The notes under the pieces: model-generated
What the model saw: only the letters and a program-made list of their open reading frames with translations
What the model was told of the DNA's origin: nothing
The model's database searches: none
Translations under genes and position numbers: made by a program
Assembly: GCA_029288865.1 (NCBI GenBank)
Contig: JARIGM010000017.1
Coordinates: forward strand, 7,131 to 71,130
Reading direction: 5' to 3'
Length of the DNA: 64,000 nucleotides
Origin: Candidatus Kaiserbacteria bacterium
GTDB lineage: Bacteria; Patescibacteriota; Minisyncoccia; Phycocordibacterales; Phycocordibacteraceae
In this document: piece after piece, positions 10,021-19,340 of the stretch
Numbering within the stretch: position 1 is the first letter of the stretch
Layout: every line of letters begins with the position of its first letter

Positions 10021-11025
10021 ATGAGCACTCTACCAATCATCGGGCGTCAGATTCAGTTCGGCATAGCAAAGGAGGCAACGCGCGGCACCGCGGAGAGTTC
10101 CGCGAGCTTCTTTCTCCCGTTCTCCGACTTGTCTTACGACGATGCGGACGACAAGGCGCTCGATCAGGAAGCGCAGGGAGTAGTCGAGGACTCGATGGGG
10201 CAGACGATCGTCAAGCAATGGTCGGAAGGAAGCGTCAAAGGCCCCATCACCGACAAGGCGTTCATCCTGCTGCTCTACTCGATCCTCGGCTCGCTCTCTA
10301 CGGCTACCGATAGCGATGGGTCGGGCAACGTGAAAGACCACACGGTCAGCGTGGCGCAGACCACCCAGCCGCAGTCCCTTACGTTCTTCCTCAACGATCC
10401 GGCCGCTACAGGCGATGCGCAGGACTACGCGTTCGCGCTCGGCCAGATCGCCACGCTCGAGATCACCTACGAGCAGGGAAAGTTCATCGCGTACTCCGCA
10501 ACCTTGCGCGCGAAGAAAGGCGTACAGACGAATGTCACCCCCGCGACCAACTCGGAGAATCGCTTCGTCGACAAGCATGCGATCTTCAAGCTCGCGAGCA
10601 ATCTCTCGGGCCTCGGCGCAGCTTCCGCGATGAGCATCCGCTCATTCTCGATCAAATTCGACCGAATGATCGACGACGACATGGTGCTCGGTAATGCGGG
10701 CCTCAACGACCTCTTGTCCAAGGGCTTCGCCGTCACGGGACAGCTCGAGGCACGCTGGGATTCCGAGGCTTCCTTCAAGAGCTTCGCGCTTGCAGGAACC
10801 GCAAAGGCGCTCCGCATCGACCTCCAAAATACGGACGTCACGATCGGAACTTCGGCGCATCCGGGCCTCACGATCGACCTCGCCAAAGTTGTGTTCAGCG
10901 CGCCGACCCGACCTATCAAGCTCGGCGACATCGTCACGCAGCAGCTCAACTTCAAGGCCCACTACTCGACCGGCGACAGCAAGATGGTCACCGCCAAAGG
11001 AGTGAACCTGCAGGCGAGCTACTAA
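10021..11025 (+). CDS. major tail protein
   Basis: 334 aa, immediately upstream of the chaperone/frameshift pair and tape measure. Followed by a stem-loop. Confidence 0.55.
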   Translation: MSTLPIIGRQIQFGIAKEATRGTAESSASFFLPFSDLSYDDADDKALDQEAQGVVEDSMGQTIVKQWSEGSVKGPITDKAFILLLYSILGSLSTATDSDGSGNVKDHTVSVAQTTQPQSLTFFLNDPAATGDAQDYAFALGQIATLEITYEQGKFIAYSATLRAKKGVQTNVTPATNSENRFVDKHAIFKLASNLSGLGAASAMSIRSFSIKFDRMIDDDMVLGNAGLNDLLSKGFAVTGQLEARWDSEASFKSFALAGTAKALRIDLQNTDVTIGTSAHPGLTIDLAKVVFSAPTRPIKLGDIVTQQLNFKAHYSTGDSKMVTAKGVNLQASY

Positions 11026-11037
11026 TCGGGCTTCCGC

Positions 11038-11063
11038 GCTTCCCCTGATCCATCGGGGGAAGC
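11038..11063 (+). terminator. stem-loop after major tail gene (gcttcccc / ggggaagc); weak attenuator
   Basis: 8-bp GC stem with a 10-nt loop. No clear U-tract. Confidence 0.3.
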
Positions 11064-11115
11064 AGCGGGAACCCGATTCCCGAGGTCGAGATTATCCACC
11101 CAAACCACTTCATTC

Positions 11116-11445
11116 ATGGAACGAGAAACAAAGACGATCACCACGCCAGCGGGCAAGGAGCTTGTCCTCAAGTCCTATCTCACGGCGAGAGAGCGCAACG
11201 CGTACCTCGAAGTGCTCGAAGCGAACGGCGTTAAAGCGGCGGAAGCCGGCAAAGACCCGACTTCCGGCTCGGTCGTCGGCGTGATTCGCACAGCGAAGAG
11301 CCTCTTCGATGCGGTGATCGTGTCGTATGACGGCAGCACCGAGAACATCACGAGCCGCCTCGAGGACGCGCGCTCCGACGAATACGACTTCGTGCTCAAG
11401 GAGGCATCACAGGTTGTCGTCGGAAATTTAGCGGAAGCGAAATAG
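11116..11445 (+). CDS. tail assembly chaperone (gpG-like)
   Basis: 109 aa, directly upstream of the tape measure. Ends ...VVGNLAEAK* and contains a slippery heptamer near its 3' end. Confidence 0.6.
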   Translation: MERETKTITTPAGKELVLKSYLTARERNAYLEVLEANGVKAAEAGKDPTSGSVVGVIRTAKSLFDAVIVSYDGSTENITSRLEDARSDEYDFVLKEASQVVVGNLAEAK

Positions 11446-11651
11446 CGTACCTCTGGCAACGCTATTTCGAGCTCGGGCGAATCGACAAGCCTGAGCAAGT
11501 CGCCGCCATCATCTGCCGGGAAATGGGCTGGACCTGGCACGAATACCAAAGCCAGCCCGCATGGTTCGTCGAAATGCTGTACGGGTTGCTCGCTGCTGAA
11601 TCAGAAAAGCAGGCGCGCGACATGAAGCATCTCAACGGATCGGGTCGATAA
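11116..11651 (+). CDS. tail assembly chaperone, -1 programmed-frameshift product (gpGT-like): 11116..11430 then -1 slip, continuing 11424..11651
   Basis: Zero-frame codons gga-aat-tta give heptamer A_AAT_TTA at 11424-11430. The -1 frame is open for 75 codons (KFSGSEIAYLWQRYFELGRIDKPEQVAAIICREMGWTWHEYQSQPAWFVEMLYGLLAAESEKQARDMKHLNGSGR*) and ends 6 nt before the tape-measure ATG. Confidence 0.55.
11424..11430 (+). other. -1 ribosomal frameshift slippery site A AAT TTA
   Basis: Perfect X_XXY_YYZ heptamer 13 nt upstream of the gpG stop, at the conserved position between chaperone and tape measure. Confidence 0.55.
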
Positions 11652-11657
11652 CACCAC

Positions 11658-13685
11658 ATGGCTACCGCAACACTCGACATACTCGTCCAACTGCAAGACC
11701 AGGCGAGTTCGGCGCTCAAGGGCGTCAGCTCGAACCTTCAGAACATGCAGAAGAACCTCGAACCCGCAGCAGCGGCCTCTAAAGCCGTGGCTGTAGGACT
11801 CGCGGCGATAGGCGCCGCAGCGATCGGGTTCGGCACGGTGTCGGTGAAAGCGGCAGCGGAAGCGCAAACATCGATGGCGCTCTTCAACCAGACGCTCGCC
11901 AACACCAAAGGCGCGGGCGATACGGCGAAGCAGACGATCCTCGACGCGGCGGCGGCCGCGGTGAAGCTCGGCTTCGACGACGAGGATACCGCGCTGTCTA
12001 TCGCAAGGCTCTATCAGCACACGGGCGACCTCACGGAAGCCATGAAGTTGAACAGCATCGCGATGGACTTGGCGCGCGATAAGAACATCGACCTCTCGAC
12101 TGCCGGTAATCTCGTCGGCCTCGTGCTCGAGGGGAATGCACGCGCGCTCAAGCAGTACGGCATCAGCCTCAAGGATACGGCTTCGCCGCTCGAAGCTCTC
12201 GGGCAGCTCCAAGACCTCGTCGGGGGGAAGGCGCAGGCGTTTGCAAACACCTTCGACGGCCAGATGGATGTGCTCAAGGTCGATCTGCAAAACCTCGAGG
12301 AAGCAGTGGGAGAGCATCTGCTCCCGCTGCTTACGAAGTTCCTCGAGGAGGGCGTGAATCCTCTTGTCGTACATCTCGGGGAATGGTCGGAGAATCTGCA
12401 GAACCTCACGAGCTTCCTGCAAAAGCACCAAGCCATTCTCTTCGCCGTTGCCGGGGCAGTAGTCGGCGCGCTTATGCCCGCGTTCATAAGCCTCGCTATC
12501 ACGATGCTCACCGTCACCATACCGGCGTTCATCGCTGCGGCCATTGCGCTCGCTCCCTGGATCATCGGCGGCGCGCTCATCGGAGGAATAGTGGCGGGCA
12601 TCGTATGGCTCGTGCAGAACTGGGGCGAGGTGAAGACGAAAGTAGCCGAGTTCGCGACTGCAATAACGAAGGCATGGGAATCGGTGCGGCTCGGATTCGC
12701 AGCCGCAATTGACGCCATCGTAGGGAAACTGAACGACATCATCGCAGCTACCGAGAACTGGCTACAGCAGCATGAACTGGTAGCGGGCGCGATCGTAGGC
12801 GTTCTTAGCGGACTTCTTGCGGGAGCGTTCCTCTCGTTCGCGACATTCATAGGCACGACCGTAATCCCTGCGGTCATAGCGTTCGGCACAACGCTTCTGG
12901 CCGAGACTATCCCGTCAATCGTATCGTTCGGCATCACGCTCCTCACGGAGACCGTTCCGGCGATAGCGGGATTCGTCGCAAGCCTGATCGCAAGCGCGGG
13001 GCCGGCGATCCTTTCGTTCGCCGCGAGCGTCGCGGCCGATGCGGTCGCGGCCATCGTGTCCTTCGCCGTGACGATATGGACGACCGTAATCCCAGCTATC
13101 GCCGCGTTCACGGTCGCGCTCCTGGCGAACCCCGTCACCGCGCTTGTCGCGCTCGGTCTCGCCATCGGACTGCTCGTCGCGTATGTCGTCACCCATTGGG
13201 ATCAGATCGTCGCAGCTACTTCGGCAATGCTCGGCTCCATCTCCGCTGCGTGGACGGCAGCCTGGACAGGCATCAAGTCATTCTTCGAGGGAATCTGGTC
13301 GGCGATCGGCGCGAGCTTCAAGGCGGCGATAAACGGAATCATCGGCGGCATCAACGCGTTCATTCAGGCGTTCGACCGAATAAAGATTTCGGTTCCGAAA
13401 GTCCATGTGCCGTTCGTCGGAGATTTCGGCGGATTCTCGATCTCGGTGCCGCAGATTCCCGAGATTCCATTCCTCGCTAACGGCGGCATCGTCACGCAGC
13501 CAACCCTCGCGGTCGTGGGGGAAGCGGGGCCGGAAGCAATACTGCCGCTCAATCGGCTCGCGGGCACGGGCATCGGCGGCGGCGTCACGATCAACTTCCA
13601 CGGCGATGTCTATTCGACGAGGGAAGTAGCCATCGATTTCGCGAACCAGATCGCGAAAGTGCTCCGCTACAACCAGCGCATCTAG
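11658..13685 (+). CDS. tail tape measure protein
   Basis: 675 aa. Ala/Gly-rich helical N-terminus and a long hydrophobic, TM-like central region (...AIGAAAIGFGT..., IIGGALIGGIVAGIVWL...). Position after the gpG/GT pair. Confidence 0.8.
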   Translation: MATATLDILVQLQDQASSALKGVSSNLQNMQKNLEPAAAASKAVAVGLAAIGAAAIGFGTVSVKAAAEAQTSMALFNQTLANTKGAGDTAKQTILDAAAAAVKLGFDDEDTALSIARLYQHTGDLTEAMKLNSIAMDLARDKNIDLSTAGNLVGLVLEGNARALKQYGISLKDTASPLEALGQLQDLVGGKAQAFANTFDGQMDVLKVDLQNLEEAVGEHLLPLLTKFLEEGVNPLVVHLGEWSENLQNLTSFLQKHQAILFAVAGAVVGALMPAFISLAITMLTVTIPAFIAAAIALAPWIIGGALIGGIVAGIVWLVQNWGEVKTKVAEFATAITKAWESVRLGFAAAIDAIVGKLNDIIAATENWLQQHELVAGAIVGVLSGLLAGAFLSFATFIGTTVIPAVIAFGTTLLAETIPSIVSFGITLLTETVPAIAGFVASLIASAGPAILSFAASVAADAVAAIVSFAVTIWTTVIPAIAAFTVALLANPVTALVALGLAIGLLVAYVVTHWDQIVAATSAMLGSISAAWTAAWTGIKSFFEGIWSAIGASFKAAINGIIGGINAFIQAFDRIKISVPKVHVPFVGDFGGFSISVPQIPEIPFLANGGIVTQPTLAVVGEAGPEAILPLNRLAGTGIGGGVTINFHGDVYSTREVAIDFANQIAKVLRYNQRI

Positions 13686-13687
13686 TT

Positions 13688-15088
13688 ATGCTGACTCTCA
13701 AAATAAACGGCACAGATAGGGGAACGAGCATCGACTGGACGACCCTCACCTACACGGAAGTGCTTACCAAGGAGGTCGACACGCTCTCGTTCTCCGTGAA
13801 GAAGAGCGGATCGAAGTACGTACCAACGCTCGGCGAGCAGGTCGAACTCTGGCAGGACAGCATCAAGCTCTTCGGCGGTGTAGTGGTCGAAAAGGACGAG
13901 AAGATGCTCGGCGGCATCCTCATCGGCTACAACATCACCTGCAAGGACTGGAGCTATTACCTCGATGGGAAGCTCGTCGCGAAGAATTACGCAAACCAGA
14001 CCGCCGACGAGATATTCCTCGACATCATCTCGACCTATACCTCGGGCTTCACGGTCGTGAACGTGAAAGCGAACGCGCCGCTCGTCACATCGATCCAGTT
14101 CAACTACGAGCAGGTCACGCAATCACTCATAAAGCTCGCGCAGCTCGTCGGCTGGGACTGGTATGTCGATCCCTCGATGGACTTGCACTTCTTCGACCAG
14201 GAAACCTACACGGCGCCGTTCCAACTCGACGATACGAGCGGCGCGTTCGAGTGGGGATCGCTCGAGATCAACCAGTCGGTCGTCGACCTGCGCAACTCGA
14301 TATTCGTCCGCGGCGGCAACTACAAGAAGACAATCGCCGAAGGAAGCGCTCTCGATGTCTATAAGGCTAACGGCACGGACGGCGTATTCCCGCTCGCGTA
14401 CCAGTACGACAACGTGCAGGTGAAACTCGACGGCGTAGCGCAGACGGTCGGCATCGACAACATCGATAGCCCGGGCAGCGTGCAGGTGCTCTACAACTTC
14501 AACCAGAAGTTCGTGCGATTCACGACAACGCCAACCAGCGGGCAGATCGTGAAAGTGTACGGCGATGCCTATATCCCGATCATCGCGCAAGTCCGCGACC
14601 AGACCTCGATTGCGACCTACGGCGAATTCCAGGAAGTGATTATCGACAAGTCGATCTCATCCGTAGCCGAAGCACAAAGTCGCGCGGCTTCGGAACTATC
14701 GCTCTACTCACAGAACACCTACGAGGCGAACTTCAAGACCACGCAGACAGGTCTCAAGAGCGGGCAGATGATAACGCTCAACTCGACGATCAGGGACATG
14801 CACCGGCAGTTCAAGATCAACCGCATCACGGGCAAGGCGCGCGGGAGCGACCACATGGAGTATTCCGCGCAAATGATCTCTTCCGGCGAAATTACCTTCG
14901 TCGACATCATGCTCGCCCTGATCGGCAAGACAGGCGGCGACCCGGTCATAGCAAGCGGCGAAGTGCTCGAGCGCCTCGAAGTGTTCCCGGAAGCGGTCGG
15001 CGTAGCAGACGCGGTCGGAACCCCGACCGCAACGACCGGGCCGTACCTATGGGGATCATTCAACTGGGGCTTCGCAACTTGGTCATAA
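13688..15088 (+). CDS. distal tail/baseplate protein (Dit/Tal-position protein)
   Basis: 466 aa, immediately after the tape measure. Confidence 0.5.
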   Translation: MLTLKINGTDRGTSIDWTTLTYTEVLTKEVDTLSFSVKKSGSKYVPTLGEQVELWQDSIKLFGGVVVEKDEKMLGGILIGYNITCKDWSYYLDGKLVAKNYANQTADEIFLDIISTYTSGFTVVNVKANAPLVTSIQFNYEQVTQSLIKLAQLVGWDWYVDPSMDLHFFDQETYTAPFQLDDTSGAFEWGSLEINQSVVDLRNSIFVRGGNYKKTIAEGSALDVYKANGTDGVFPLAYQYDNVQVKLDGVAQTVGIDNIDSPGSVQVLYNFNQKFVRFTTTPTSGQIVKVYGDAYIPIIAQVRDQTSIATYGEFQEVIIDKSISSVAEAQSRAASELSLYSQNTYEANFKTTQTGLKSGQMITLNSTIRDMHRQFKINRITGKARGSDHMEYSAQMISSGEITFVDIMLALIGKTGGDPVIASGEVLERLEVFPEAVGVADAVGTPTATTGPYLWGSFNWGFATWS

Positions 15089-15091
15089 ATA

Positions 15092-15576
15092 TGAACGCAA
15101 TCAAAGAACAAAACGGAATACGCGGGCGCATACGCATCGTCACTACGGACGCGAAGACTGGGAAAGTCCTTCGCGCATCACCCTGGTCGAGCAACTTGGT
15201 CATGTCCGGCACCAATACCGGGAAAGACCTCATCCTCGACCGGCTGAACGGCGACGACACCTATTCGCTCAACATCACGCATGCCGACATCGGCACCGGC
15301 ACAGCCTCGCCCGCGACCAGCGATACCGCGCTGCAGGCGGCGGTGGCTCGCGCTGCGAAAGTCACGGGAAGCGTGTTCGGAAATGTGCTGTCGATGCAGT
15401 TCTTCTTCTCGGATGCAGCACTCGCGAACGGCACCTATCACGAGTTCGGTTCGTTCGTGGACGGAAGTTCGGGCACCGGCACGGGGCAGATATTCAACCG
15501 CGCTCTCTTCGGCTCGGCGTACACAAAAGCGTCCGGCGAAGACACCACGATCGAACTCGACATCACCATCACCTAG
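15092..15576 (+). CDS. tail tip protein
   Basis: Internal ATG at 15092 (MNAIKEQNG...) just after the upstream stop. The 15049 start in the ORF track would overlap the upstream gene. Confidence 0.4.
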
Positions 15577-15578
15577 CT

Positions 15579-16607
15579 ATGGCTATCGTTAACGGACAAC
15601 CAGCAGACGCTTCCGATTTCGTCTCGACTCCATCGGGGCCGAGCGATAGCGGCAAGGTGCCGATGCTCGACGCGAACGGGCAGATTCCCGGCGGCTTCCT
15701 GCCGGCCGTGTTCGGCGATGGCTCCGATGGCGACATAGTCCTCGACGGCTCCGCGAGCTTCGGGATGATGAGCGGCCCGAGCTCGAACGTGTACGTGCTC
15801 ACGCGCGAACTCTACGCCAACAACCTCACGATCAATAGCGGCGTCACACTCAAGCCTGACGGCTACCGCATCTTCGTAAAGAACACGATCAACGGAGCGG
15901 GAATCATCGACGCATCGGGAAATCCGGGAGGCAACGGATCGGGAGGCACTGGCGGGGGCGGCGCATCCGCTGTCGGATCGGGGCCATTCAAAAGCGCGCC
16001 AGGGAAAACCGGCGGGAACTCGGCGACCAACTTCGGCACAGGAGGCCAGAGCGGGACAACGGGGAATATCGGCAATCCGGGGGCAAAGGGAGGAGATTCG
16101 GCCAATAACGGGGGCGGTTCGGCTGGGCCTGTAGCCTCCAAAACCGCTCCACATCGCGAGAAATGGGCCGCCTTCTTGTTCCGGGATTTCGATCTCACTC
16201 AGCGCGTCCCGGCAGGCTCCGGCTCGGGGGCTTCAGGATGCCGTCCTTTCTTCTCAGGTGGGTCCGGCATCACAGGGGGCGGCGGAGGCGGTTCAGGTTC
16301 GTCTGGCGGCATCATCTGGATCGCCGCGCGCATCTGGGCGGGTACCTTCACCATCCAGGCACCCGGAGGTCAGGGAGGCAATGCGGGCAACTCGTCAGGA
16401 TCGAACATGGTCGGCGGAAACGGCGGCGGAGGCGGCACGGGCGGCATCTCGTTCTTCATCTACTTCAAGAAAACCTGGACGGGTACCTACAGTCTCGCGG
16501 GCGGCACTGGCGGCGCGCCTGGTACAGGTGCGGCCGGAACCGGGAACAGCGGAGACAACGGGAATACCGGCACCTATTACGAGATCGATTACGGCTCGCT
16601 CCTCTAA
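15579..16607 (+). CDS. glycine-rich tail fibre protein
   Basis: 342 aa with long (G)nGS/T collagen-like low-complexity tracts. Shares the N-terminal MAI(V/A)NGQPADASD motif with the next gene. Confidence 0.55.
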   Translation: MAIVNGQPADASDFVSTPSGPSDSGKVPMLDANGQIPGGFLPAVFGDGSDGDIVLDGSASFGMMSGPSSNVYVLTRELYANNLTINSGVTLKPDGYRIFVKNTINGAGIIDASGNPGGNGSGGTGGGGASAVGSGPFKSAPGKTGGNSATNFGTGGQSGTTGNIGNPGAKGGDSANNGGGSAGPVASKTAPHREKWAAFLFRDFDLTQRVPAGSGSGASGCRPFFSGGSGITGGGGGGSGSSGGIIWIAARIWAGTFTIQAPGGQGGNAGNSSGSNMVGGNGGGGGTGGISFFIYFKKTWTGTYSLAGGTGGAPGTGAAGTGNSGDNGNTGTYYEIDYGSLL

Positions 16608-16610
16608 CTT

Positions 16611-17111
16611 ATGGCGATCGCAAACGGACAACCTGCTGATGCTTCCGACATCTCGGAGATCGTGCCTGCGGGCACGGTACTTCCGTATGCCGGCGCATCG
16701 GCTCCGACCGGCTACCTCATGTGCGATGGAAGCGCGGTCTCGAGGACGACCTATGCGGCCCTCTTCGCGGCGATCGGCACCGCGTTCGGCGCGGGGAACG
16801 GCACGACTACATTCAACGTTCCCGATCTCCGCGGCCGAGTCCCAGTCGGAAAGAATGCGGGAACGTTCTCGACACTCGGCGCGACTGGCGGCGAAGAAAC
16901 GCATCAGCTTACCGCAACAGAAATGCCGAGCCACAGCCATAACATCCGTCTCAATACGGGTACGGGTTCTGGTACGGCACCAGCGCAGCACGGGTCGAAC
17001 GGATCGACTCTCAACTTCAGCAGCGACAGCGTTGGATCGGATGGCGCACATAACAACCTCCAGCCGTACCAAGTGCTGAACTACATCATTCGCTATCTCA
17101 TCTATTCCTAA
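16611..17111 (+). CDS. tail fibre protein with phage tail-collar domain
   Basis: ...PAGTVLPYAGASAPTGYLMCDGSAVSRTTYAALFAAIGTAFGAGNGTTTFNVPDLRGR... matches the tail-collar domain. Confidence 0.65.
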   Translation: MAIANGQPADASDISEIVPAGTVLPYAGASAPTGYLMCDGSAVSRTTYAALFAAIGTAFGAGNGTTTFNVPDLRGRVPVGKNAGTFSTLGATGGEETHQLTATEMPSHSHNIRLNTGTGSGTAPAQHGSNGSTLNFSSDSVGSDGAHNNLQPYQVLNYIIRYLIYS

Positions 17112-17115
17112 ACCT

Positions 17116-17382
17116 ATGACTGACTCCCTTATCAGCGTGCTCCCGAACCTCGGCGTAGGCGTTGCCGCGGTTATCGTCCTCTACCTCTGTTTCAAGATCG
17201 CCATCGAAGCGCTCAACGAGCGCGACGAGGCTTTCAGAAACTTCGTCGAGGCGAACAACCACCGCTCCGTCGAAGTCATGACGGAGTGCAGGGACGTCAT
17301 CCATCAGGCGGCGGAGAACATCAAGTCGAGCACCGAGATTCAAAGGCAGGTGGTCGAGCATCTTATCAGAGAAACAAAATAA
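17116..17382 (+). CDS. holin-like single-TM protein
   Basis: 88 aa. N-terminal TM (LISVLPNLGVGVAAVIVLYLCFKIAI) then a charged tail. Directly upstream of the endolysin. Confidence 0.4.
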   Translation: MTDSLISVLPNLGVGVAAVIVLYLCFKIAIEALNERDEAFRNFVEANNHRSVEVMTECRDVIHQAAENIKSSTEIQRQVVEHLIRETK

Positions 17383-17385
17383 TTA

Positions 17386-18440
17386 TGGACAACCAAGAAA
17401 TAAATACAGGAGCAATAATCTCTCCGATCGACTACCGCGACGAGTACGCGGCCGCGGCTTCAGTGGCGACTATCGCTCAAGTCGAACTGCCGGCAGCGTA
17501 CAGGACGCAACTCGCAGCACCGATGATGCAGGCGCTCGAACCGGCGTGCGTATCGCACAGCGTTGCGGACAACCTGAAGCTCTACTGGTTCAGGAAGACG
17601 GGGAAGTGGATCGACTTCTCTCCGCGATTCCTCGACATCCTCGCGAAGCGGTTCGACGGGCAAGACCGGGCAACGGGCGGCACATACCCGCGACTCGTAT
17701 TCAAGCTCGCAGTCCAGTACGGCTGCGCAACGACCGCGACCTTGCCGAACGACACTTCGCTTTCCGTACTCGAGTATCGCGACGACAAGAAGCTCACGGC
17801 TGCGGTGTTCGCGGAGGCGGCGAAATACAAGATACCCGGTTATGTCAGCGTGCCGCTCGACTTCCAAAGCACAAGGCAGGCGATCTACCTCTACGGAGCG
17901 ATCTCTTCGCTGTTCCAGATCGGAAGCGAGTTCTGGCTGCCGTCATGGGCCGACAAGGACATCGATCCACTGCGGCCGCCGAAGCAGATCGTATCGGGTC
18001 ACCAGCTCACCCCGTACGGCTGGGACGATGCGACCTATAACCGGCTTCAGAACGAGTGGAGTTCCGCATGGGCGGACGGCGGCCGGGCGAAGTACAGCCC
18101 GAAGGCATGGGCGCCGTACCTCATCGAGCAGTGGGCGATCGCGGAGATCCCGCCGGACGTGCAGGGCTTCCTCAAAGCGCTGCCTTCGCCGTCCGACTTC
18201 CATTACTCGTGGGGCGAAGATCTCGCGCTGGGAGATCAGAACGACGATGTGAAATTCGCGCAGATAGCATTCATGATTCTCGGCTTCCTGGCTCCTATTC
18301 CTGCCGATGAACTCGGCATCTTCGGCCCGAAGACAGCGACGGCAAACTCGAAGTACCAGCAGGCGCACCGCATCGCGCCGTCCCCGAATCACATCGGGCC
18401 GCAGACGCGCGGTGCGCTCAACAAGCAGTTCGCCGTGTAG
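17386..18440 (+). CDS. endolysin: N-terminal peptidase-like domain + C-terminal PG_binding_1 domain
   Basis: ATG at 17386 (MDNQEIN...) preceded by an A-rich RBS region. The C-terminal ~70 aa (...VKFAQIAFMILGFLAPIPADELGIFGPKTATANSKYQQAHRI...GPQTRGAL) fits the peptidoglycan-binding domain. The N-terminal cysteine-peptidase-like assignment is tentative. Confidence 0.55.
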
Positions 18441-18471
18441 TGAGAATTAACCAAACCAATCACCTCAATAT

Positions 18472-18687
18472 ATGAATCCGACACTCAAGCGTTATCTCAT
18501 CAGCTCGACCACCACGTTCGTCACCGTTTTCTTTATCTCTCTCGGAGCGCAACTCGCTGTCGCGCACATCACGCCGGAGACGCTGGGATGGGGAGTAGTG
18601 CTTTCCATCGTCATGACGGCGGGGCGAGCGGCGGTCAAGGCTGCCGTTGAGTCCTTCGTCGCGCTCTTTGACGGCAAGGCTGAATAG
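18472..18687 (+). CDS. holin (two-TM class)
   Basis: 71 aa with two hydrophobic helices (FVTVFFISLGAQLAVAHI; WGVVLSIVMTAG). Confidence 0.45.
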   Translation: MNPTLKRYLISSTTTFVTVFFISLGAQLAVAHITPETLGWGVVLSIVMTAGRAAVKAAVESFVALFDGKAE

Positions 18688-18705
18688 GGTCTAATATCTT
18701 AAAAT

Positions 18706-19104
18706 ATGCAGAAGGACTTCGAGGGATGGAGTAAGCAAAAGCAGGCGATCAATGCCCGCCCTGAAGCGCCGTACTATCACGAGCGCGAGGTGTGGTGGTG
18801 CTCTCTCGGCGTCAACGTTGGTTTCGAGCAGGATGGTACCGGCAAGAATTACGACCGGCCTGTCCTCATCATCCGTGGCTTCAACGCGCATACCTTCTTC
18901 GGAGTGGCGCTCACCGGCAGGAAGAGGGTAAGCAAGTATCATTTGCCGATCGGCGAAGTCGAGGGACGAGAAGCGTCCGTGATTCTATCGCAGGCTCGCA
19001 TCATCGACACGAAGCGCCTGATCCGCAAAGCGGGGACGCTCGACGAGGAGAAGTTCGAGGAAGTAAAAGAGGCTCTCAAGGCAACACTCTTCGGGCCAAA
19101 GTAG
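18706..19104 (+). CDS. MazF/PemK-family endoribonuclease toxin-like protein
   Basis: ...EREVWWCSLGVNVGFEQDGTGKNYDRPVLIIRGF...ASVILSQARIIDTKRL... aligns by eye to PemK (GEIWLVSLDPTAGHEQQGTRPVLIV...). No obvious antitoxin ORF upstream. Confidence 0.65.
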   Translation: MQKDFEGWSKQKQAINARPEAPYYHEREVWWCSLGVNVGFEQDGTGKNYDRPVLIIRGFNAHTFFGVALTGRKRVSKYHLPIGEVEGREASVILSQARIIDTKRLIRKAGTLDEEKFEEVKEALKATLFGPK

Positions 19105-19126
19105 GGTCCCTATAAAATGTTTTGCC

Positions 19127-19146
19127 CCCGCTTGCGCGGGGGCGAG
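19127..19146 (+). terminator. GC-rich hairpin terminator (gcccccgc ttgc gcgggggc)
   Basis: 8-bp perfect GC stem after the lysis/MazF unit, followed by a 236-bp intergenic region. Confidence 0.5.
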
Positions 19147-19340
19147 GCCGAAGCCATTTGTAGGGTTAATATAGCCGATTCAAGATGAAAAGTCAATGAG
19201 GCCAGGGGGTGTGTGGATAAGGGGCGGGAGGGGGCTGCCAAAGCGCCATAAGCACGGCTTAATGGGATGGGAAAGTTATCCGACGCGAATCGCTTGCAAG
19301 GGGGCGACGCGGGAAACCTTTCCTGATACAATATTCCTAT

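Noticed and set aside
12014-13192. 392-aa minus-strand ORF inside the tape-measure gene, and many other long antisense ORFs in 1-27 kb (e.g. 3025-3657, 6935-7723, 11601-12431, 15573-16154, 16395-17072)
   Set aside because: High GC suppresses stop codons on all frames. These ORFs overlap well-supported co-linear + strand phage genes, have Ala/Arg/Ser-rich low-complexity translations and no recognisable motifs. Treated as spurious.
15900-16560. Highly repetitive GGNGG/GGTGG-encoding DNA in the tail fibre gene, considered as a possible CRISPR or tandem-repeat array
   Set aside because: Repeats are short, degenerate and in-frame glycine codons. No spacer/repeat periodicity. It is protein low-complexity, not CRISPR.
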